Source: a virus
Length of the DNA stretch: 64,000 nt
IMG/VR virus record: IMGVR_UViG_3300008261_000042
Direction: 5' to 3' (one strand)
Below, one piece after another: positions 58,776-64,000 of this stretch. Under the pieces are notes generated by a model, which saw nothing but the letters and a program-made list of their open reading frames with translations, had not been told where the DNA came from and ran no database searches. The position numbers and the translations under genes are program-made. Position 1 is the first letter of the stretch. Each line of letters starts with the position of its first letter.

Positions 58776-59660
58776 ATGCCTACTAGTCCTTACTTTCCCC
58801 CATACTACGAAGGATATTCTGGCGAGCAAAATCTCGTACAGGATCTTGTTGACGAACAGATAAAACTGTTTGGATCGGATATCTATTATATCCCAAGAAC
58901 TATTCTTAAAGATAATACATTAGATGATGTAATCTATTCTAAATTTGAAAGTCAATTTCAAGTTGAAATGCTTCTTTCTAATGTTGAAGGTTTTGGTGAG
59001 CAATCAGAATTTATTTCCAAATTTGGTATTCGCATTACCGACGAAGTTAAATTTATTGTTTCTGCAAGAAGATGGGCAGAATCAGAAGAACAATATAATC
59101 CACCTTTAACTGTTGCTGGAAGACCGAATGAAGGAGATCTTTTATACTTTCCATTAACTACAGATATCTATGAAATTAAATTTGTAGAAAGAGAATCTCC
59201 TTTCTATCAGTTTGGCAAGATTCAGTTTATCATTATGACTGCAGAAATCTATGAAATTGGTAACGATAAAATTAATACTGGTATTGAAGCAATTGATGAA
59301 ATTGAACAACTATTCAGTTCTGCTATTGCACTCAATATGAAGGTTGGTGGTACTGGAAACTTTGATATTGGTGAAGTAGTTACTGGTAGTATATCAAATG
59401 AAACTGGAGAAGTCAAGTCTTGGAATCCAACAACAAGAGTTGTTCAGATTATTAATCGCACAGGAACATTTGTCGAAAATGAAAGTTTAACAGGTGATGA
59501 TAGCGGAGCAGTTTGGGTCGTAGATAATTTCTCTACGATTGAAAATACTAATTCTGAATATGATCAAAATAAATATATTGAAGACACTGCAGATCCTCTT
59601 ATTGATTGGGGTGAAGTAAACCCATTCGGGGAATATGGAAATATAGGAGATAGCTTTTAA
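58776..59660 (+). CDS. gp14: neck protein gp14
   Basis: EQNLVQDLVDEQIKLFG.D.YYIPR; RPNEGDLLYFP; NPFGE. Confidence 0.92.
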   Translation: MPTSPYFPPYYEGYSGEQNLVQDLVDEQIKLFGSDIYYIPRTILKDNTLDDVIYSKFESQFQVEMLLSNVEGFGEQSEFISKFGIRITDEVKFIVSARRWAESEEQYNPPLTVAGRPNEGDLLYFPLTTDIYEIKFVERESPFYQFGKIQFIIMTAEIYEIGNDKINTGIEAIDEIEQLFSSAIALNMKVGGTGNFDIGEVVTGSISNETGEVKSWNPTTRVVQIINRTGTFVENESLTGDDSGAVWVVDNFSTIENTNSEYDQNKYIEDTADPLIDWGEVNPFGEYGNIGDSF

Positions 59661-60463
59661 TGTTAGGACCACACTATTATAACGAGGCAATACGCAAAAC
59701 TGTCGTTGCATTTGGAACACTATTCAATAATATCGAAATTCAAAAGCTAGATCCACAAACAAAGGATGTTCTTGAAGTAGAAAAAGTTCCTCTTGGTTAT
59801 GGACCAAAAAATAAATTTCTTACTCGTTTAGAACAGAACCCAGAAGTGGGAAGAAAGGTTGCTATTCAGTTGCCTCGTATATATTTCGAGATGACTGGTA
59901 TTAATTACGATAACGCAAGAAAGACAAGTCCTATTCAAAAATATAGAACTGTTGTTGCAGATAATGGTAATGAAGTAAGAGTTCAATATGTTCCTGTTCC
60001 ATATAACATGGATTTTGAACTTGGTATTATTGCTAAGTCCCAGGATGATGGTCTGCAAATTATTGAACAGATCTTACCATACTTTCAACCAAATTTTAAC
60101 CTTACTCTTAATTTCATTCCAGACATGGATGAGAAGAGAGATGTTGCTGTAATTTTAAATAGTGTAGATTATGAAGATGATTGGGAAGATGATTTCATGC
60201 AACGCCGTAGTATTATTTGGACTTTGAATTTTACCGCTAAGTCATACATATACGGTCCTTTCAATCAAGCTGGTATTATTCGCAAAGCTACAGTTTACGA
60301 ATCAGTTGGTGATCTAAATCAAAGCAGAAGAAATGCTGCATATTCTTATACACCAAAAGCACTTGAAGATATTAATGATGATGGTGTTATAGATAACTTA
60401 GATGATGCTCTGGTTATGCCAGATGATGATTTCGGATTTAATGAAGGTGTAGAGTTCTTTTAA
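59660..60463 (+). CDS. gp15: tail sheath stabiliser/terminator gp15
   Basis: IRKTVVAFGTLFNNI; PVPYN; QIIEQILPYFQP. Confidence 0.93.
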   Translation: MLGPHYYNEAIRKTVVAFGTLFNNIEIQKLDPQTKDVLEVEKVPLGYGPKNKFLTRLEQNPEVGRKVAIQLPRIYFEMTGINYDNARKTSPIQKYRTVVADNGNEVRVQYVPVPYNMDFELGIIAKSQDDGLQIIEQILPYFQPNFNLTLNFIPDMDEKRDVAVILNSVDYEDDWEDDFMQRRSIIWTLNFTAKSYIYGPFNQAGIIRKATVYESVGDLNQSRRNAAYSYTPKALEDINDDGVIDNLDDALVMPDDDFGFNEGVEFF

Positions 60464-60469
60464 CAACAT

Positions 60470-60895
60470 ATGAATGAGTTTGAAAAAAGCATGGAACAAA
60501 TTTTTGATATTGATATTACTGCAGAAGAAACTGAAGTAGTTGAGCAAAAGAAAGAGGATCCTAAATTGAAAGAGGATCCTCAAAAGGATTATGAATATAC
60601 CAGGGGGGAACTCTATAGCCTCATCAGCAAGGGCCAGGAGGCTGTACAAGGTGCCTTAGAGGTCGCTCAGGAGTCAGGACACCCGAGAGCCTATGAAGTT
60701 GCTGTAGCGGCGATGAAACACGTTGCTGACATGACTGATAAGCTGATCGATCTTCAGAAAAAGATGAAGGATCTCGACGCACCTGTAAAAGGTAAAGGAC
60801 CAACAACTGTTAACAATACCATGTTTGTTGGTTCAACTGCTGATCTCCAAAAAATGATTAAGGAGATGGGCAAAAATATGCCAGAAGATAAATAA
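60470..60895 (+). CDS. gp16: terminase small subunit gp16
   Basis: DYEYTR..LY; HPRAYEV; FVGSTADLQK. Confidence 0.92.
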   Translation: MNEFEKSMEQIFDIDITAEETEVVEQKKEDPKLKEDPQKDYEYTRGELYSLISKGQEAVQGALEVAQESGHPRAYEVAVAAMKHVADMTDKLIDLQKKMKDLDAPVKGKGPTTVNNTMFVGSTADLQKMIKEMGKNMPEDK

Positions 60896-60904
60896 AAATA
60901 AAAA

Positions 60905-61525
60905 ATGTCTTATATTAGACACGATATTAATAATAATCCAGTTTCTCCCCAACCAGGATCAAATACAGTAACTGTATTTGATAACTGTGAAGGATGGACT
61001 CCTATCACATATGAAGTTTGGAATGCTAATTATGTTGCTAGAAATTCTGACAATACAGTAAGAACTCCTGGCACATATCAAGCTAGGAATTCTGACAATA
61101 CAGTAAGAACCCCAGCAGCATATCAACGCCATGACATAAACAATGTTCCAGTTGATATTTGTCCGCAGATAGGTAGTGATGATCCAGCAAATGCTGCTGA
61201 ACCAGATGCTACAGCATGGGTATTGATGGATGGTCCTTTCTACAACACTCCAGGTAATCCAGGTTCTGGATTTGTTGGTGGTCAAAGTTGGAGAAAGATG
61301 GCACCATCAGCACCAGTAAATGGTAAGACATCTTACATCTATGGTGATGAGACAGTGACTTGGACTGGATCAGAATGGCAGTATGCCAATCTATATACTG
61401 GTGTAATCGCATCTTCAACCAGTAATGTTGCATATCCATGGCTTGCTACATGGAGTGGTAATTATACTGGAGCAAAGATTACATCAGCATATGTAAAAAC
61501 AACTAATTACCCAGCGGTTCCATAA
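60905..61525 (+). CDS. hypothetical protein with 15-aa internal repeats
   Basis: ARNSDNTVRTP x2, RHDINN x2; ATAAATA at 60888. Confidence 0.75.
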   Translation: MSYIRHDINNNPVSPQPGSNTVTVFDNCEGWTPITYEVWNANYVARNSDNTVRTPGTYQARNSDNTVRTPAAYQRHDINNVPVDICPQIGSDDPANAAEPDATAWVLMDGPFYNTPGNPGSGFVGGQSWRKMAPSAPVNGKTSYIYGDETVTWTGSEWQYANLYTGVIASSTSNVAYPWLATWSGNYTGAKITSAYVKTTNYPAVP

Positions 61526-62916
61526 TGGCACAATATAGTAAGCATTACGAAGATTTCCTGCCACAGGAAAAAACAAACTTTGAAGTAGTAATGATTGCCG
61601 ATAACTTCGGTAATCTAACTCCTGGCACTGGTGCTACTGCTGCCGATGCTTTTGGTCGTTTGAGAGTTGCTGAAACTTTTACTCTAGGTGACTACAAGCA
61701 CCTTTATGCTATTGATCCAAACTTCATTGATAAAACTGCTAATGGTGGAAACATAGTTTTCAATGCCAATAAAGCGTTGGGAACTTTAACTACTTCATCA
61801 GATCCTGCTGGTTATGCCATTCACCAAACAAAATTTTATCATCACTACCAACCAGGAAAGTCACAATTAATCTTTAGCTCAATCAACTTTGGTTTTGCTC
61901 AACAGAATGTAACCAAGAGAACTGGATACTTTGATGACAGAGATGGCATCTACTTTGAGCAAGTTGGCAGCAATATTTCCACTGGCACCGATAAAGGAAC
62001 TCTAAACTTTGTTATTCGCTCACACACTGGTGGCAGTGCTAGTGAAGCAAATGTAGGTTCCTACAAAAGAAGAGTGCCACAATCGGAATGGAATATTGAT
62101 CCTTGTGATGGAACTGGTCCTTCAAAGTTCAATCTTGATATTTCAAAAACCCAGTTAGTTTATATTGATTTCCAGTGGTTAGGAGTTGGTAGAGTTCGTT
62201 GTGGTTTCGTTCATAACGGACAGATTGTTCTAGCACATGAATACTACCATTCTAATGTGCTACCAGAAGTTTATATGTCTAACCCCAATCTTCCCGTAAG
62301 ATGTGAGATTAGAAATACTGGCACCACAACTGGTGGAAGCATGGATCAAGTTTGTGCCACTGTAATGTCAGAAGGTGGATATGTAGAAAGTGGTATTGAT
62401 TGGGCGGCTGAAAGTGGAGCTACCAGAGCTACTAAAACTCCTGGCGGAACAAGATTTCCACTGATGGCAATTCGTTTGAAAAATACATTCAAAACATATC
62501 CAAATAGAATTTCAGTAAGACCAAACAGTTTAGGCATTTATGTCTCAAGTGGTGATTGTTACTATGAGTTAGTCAAACTATCCAATGCCAGTCAATTAAC
62601 TACTTCACTAAATGGTGGAGTATTGACTTGGACTTCTGCTAACGATAACAGCGGCGTTGAGTATTGTGTAAATGCTGAAGCTATCACAGGAAATGTAGAT
62701 GTCTTTTCTGTTGGTATTGTTCCTGCTGGTGCTTCACCAAACTCACTATCACCAGTAGCATCTGGTTCTTTGACAACAGCAAAGAAAAATGTAATCACAC
62801 AAAACTTTGATTCAAATGATTCTGAAGTTTTTGTGGTTGTTCTAAAAACAATTTCTACAGCAGCGAATGCTACAGCCACTGCTGCTTGTTCTATCCAGTG
62901 GAGGGAGATTTACTAA
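61525..62916 (+). CDS. conserved phage protein, probably virion-associated (DAFGRLRV...YQPGKS...WLGVGRVR)
   Basis: 463 aa, beta-rich. Confidence 0.7.
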   Translation: MAQYSKHYEDFLPQEKTNFEVVMIADNFGNLTPGTGATAADAFGRLRVAETFTLGDYKHLYAIDPNFIDKTANGGNIVFNANKALGTLTTSSDPAGYAIHQTKFYHHYQPGKSQLIFSSINFGFAQQNVTKRTGYFDDRDGIYFEQVGSNISTGTDKGTLNFVIRSHTGGSASEANVGSYKRRVPQSEWNIDPCDGTGPSKFNLDISKTQLVYIDFQWLGVGRVRCGFVHNGQIVLAHEYYHSNVLPEVYMSNPNLPVRCEIRNTGTTTGGSMDQVCATVMSEGGYVESGIDWAAESGATRATKTPGGTRFPLMAIRLKNTFKTYPNRISVRPNSLGIYVSSGDCYYELVKLSNASQLTTSLNGGVLTWTSANDNSGVEYCVNAEAITGNVDVFSVGIVPAGASPNSLSPVASGSLTTAKKNVITQNFDSNDSEVFVVVLKTISTAANATATAACSIQWREIY

Positions 62917-63191
62917 TGAAAAGTTTTAAACAACTAAGACAAGAGCTTAATGAAGCTGCTTGGACAAGAAAAGAAGGACAAAATAAAAATGGCGGTCTTA
63001 ATGAAAAAGGTCGCAAATCTTACGAGAAACAAAATCCTGGAAGTGATCTAAAAGCACCGTCAAAGGATAAAGATAATCCTCGTAGAAAATCTTTTTGTGC
63101 CAGAATGAAAGGAATGCGTAAGAGACAAAAAGATAGCAACAACACTGGAGAAGATCGTCTATCTAAATCTCTTCGTGCTTGGAACTGTTAG
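62916..63191 (+). CDS. basic conserved cyanophage protein (AWTRKEG...GGLNEKGR...SFCARM)
   Basis: start revised to ATG 62916 (TAATG); MKSFKQL..EL.E leader typical of T4-like head-processed proteins. Confidence 0.75.
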   Translation: MKSFKQLRQELNEAAWTRKEGQNKNGGLNEKGRKSYEKQNPGSDLKAPSKDKDNPRRKSFCARMKGMRKRQKDSNNTGEDRLSKSLRAWNC

Positions 63192-63269
63192 TAGTTTACA
63201 TAACTTAAGTAACATATGTAACAGAATGAACATGTTACAATAAATAGTATACTGTTCATTTATTTACTT

Positions 63270-63506
63270 ATGGAAACCAGAACTTGTCCCAAGTGCAAAG
63301 CAACTTGGATTGATGGTCAGCATTACTGGACAGGAACAAATAAGAAAGGTAATGAGACCGAGTTGGCTTCACTTGTGTGCGACAAGTTTGGAGATGATAC
63401 ATGCATCAACCCATGCAAAGGAACTACTGACGGCAAAGGTTGGGAAAATAGGTTAAATAATATGGATGCTATTGATAAAGATATAAAGAGGACTTTGAAT
63501 GAGTAG
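63270..63506 (+). CDS. Cys-rich small protein (CPKC...C...CINPC)
   Basis: ATAAATA at 63240; 78 aa. Confidence 0.75.
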   Translation: METRTCPKCKATWIDGQHYWTGTNKKGNETELASLVCDKFGDDTCINPCKGTTDGKGWENRLNNMDAIDKDIKRTLNE

Positions 63507-64000
63507 TGGTGATCAGATTTATTTGGGGAATCCGCTTCTAAAAAAAGCCAACGTTCCCCACGATTGGACTAAAGAAGAAATTCAAGAATACATTAAGTGC
63601 AAAGAAGATCCTGTTTACTTTGCACTTAATTATGTAAAAATTGTTCAGGTTGATGAAGGATTAATTCCTTTTAGGATGTATGACTTCCAGAAAGATCTTG
63701 TTAACAAATTTCATAACAATAGATTTAATATTGCAAAGCTACCAAGACAGACAGGGAAATCAACCGTTGTGGTTTCTTACCTTCTTCACTATGCATTGTT
63801 TAATGATAGTGCAAACATTGGTATTCTAGCAAACAAAGCTTCTACTGCTCGTGACCTATTAGGAAGATTGCAAACAGCATACGAAAATCTTCCTAAGTGG
63901 TTGCAGCAAGGTGTGATTGCGTGGAACAAAGGATCAATGGAACTAGAGAACGGTTCTAAGATTATGGCTGCTTCAACGTCAGCATCTGCTGTGCGAGGAA
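63499..64000 (+). CDS. gp17: terminase large subunit gp17 (5' part, runs off window)
   Basis: YLGNPLLKKAN...KCKEDPVYF...LPRQTGKST Walker A...ILANKASTA...ELENGS. Confidence 0.95.
   Translation, partial: MSSGDQIYLGNPLLKKANVPHDWTKEEIQEYIKCKEDPVYFALNYVKIVQVDEGLIPFRMYDFQKDLVNKFHNNRFNIAKLPRQTGKSTVVVSYLLHYALFNDSANIGILANKASTARDLLGRLQTAYENLPKWLQQGVIAWNKGSMELENGSKIMAASTSASAVRG

Noticed and set aside
949-62879. Minus-strand and nested alternative-frame ORFs in the track (e.g. 1704-2042, 8182-8637, 37991-38347, 49056-49481)
   Set aside because: They are shadows of well-supported + strand genes and have no SD, promoter or recognisable motifs
63195-63246. TGTAACA-N9-TGTTACA palindrome as an NtcA box or early box
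   Set aside because: Spacing matches neither GTA-N8-TAC nor the N10 early motif; single occurrence

Overview
A 64 kb segment of a T4-like cyanomyovirus (cyanophage-type) genome, coding almost entirely on the + strand. (1) 1-11.1 kb is an early region of about 50 small, mostly hypothetical ORFs. Its sigma70-like promoters are repeatedly preceded by a palindromic GTG(A/C)CA-N10-TG(G/T)CAC box, and it contains three cyanobacterial-type DnaA boxes and several AT-rich hairpin or repeat arrays. (2) 11.1-11.6 kb is a non-coding AT-rich inverted-repeat region (candidate origin). (3) 11.6-48.4 kb is a late (TAAATA-driven) baseplate and tail module: PAAR-like, gp25, gp6, gp7-like, gp8, a DUF4815/VrlC-like protein whose 5' end is broken by an apparent deletion and frameshift, and two fibre proteins. 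One fibre carries a type-1-copper-like motif and the other carries two phycobiliprotein-like (KCxRD) helical repeats. (4) 48.4-57.4 kb holds three paralogous Gly-rich, His/Cys-motif fibre-tip proteins followed by a flavin-dependent (Trp-type) halogenase and six 2OG-Fe(II)/JmjC oxygenases. (5) 57.9-64 kb holds gp13, gp14, gp15, gp16, inserted genes and the 5' part of gp17. No tRNA, rRNA, CRISPR array or mobile element was recognised. All family assignments come from motif recognition by eye, not from database searches.
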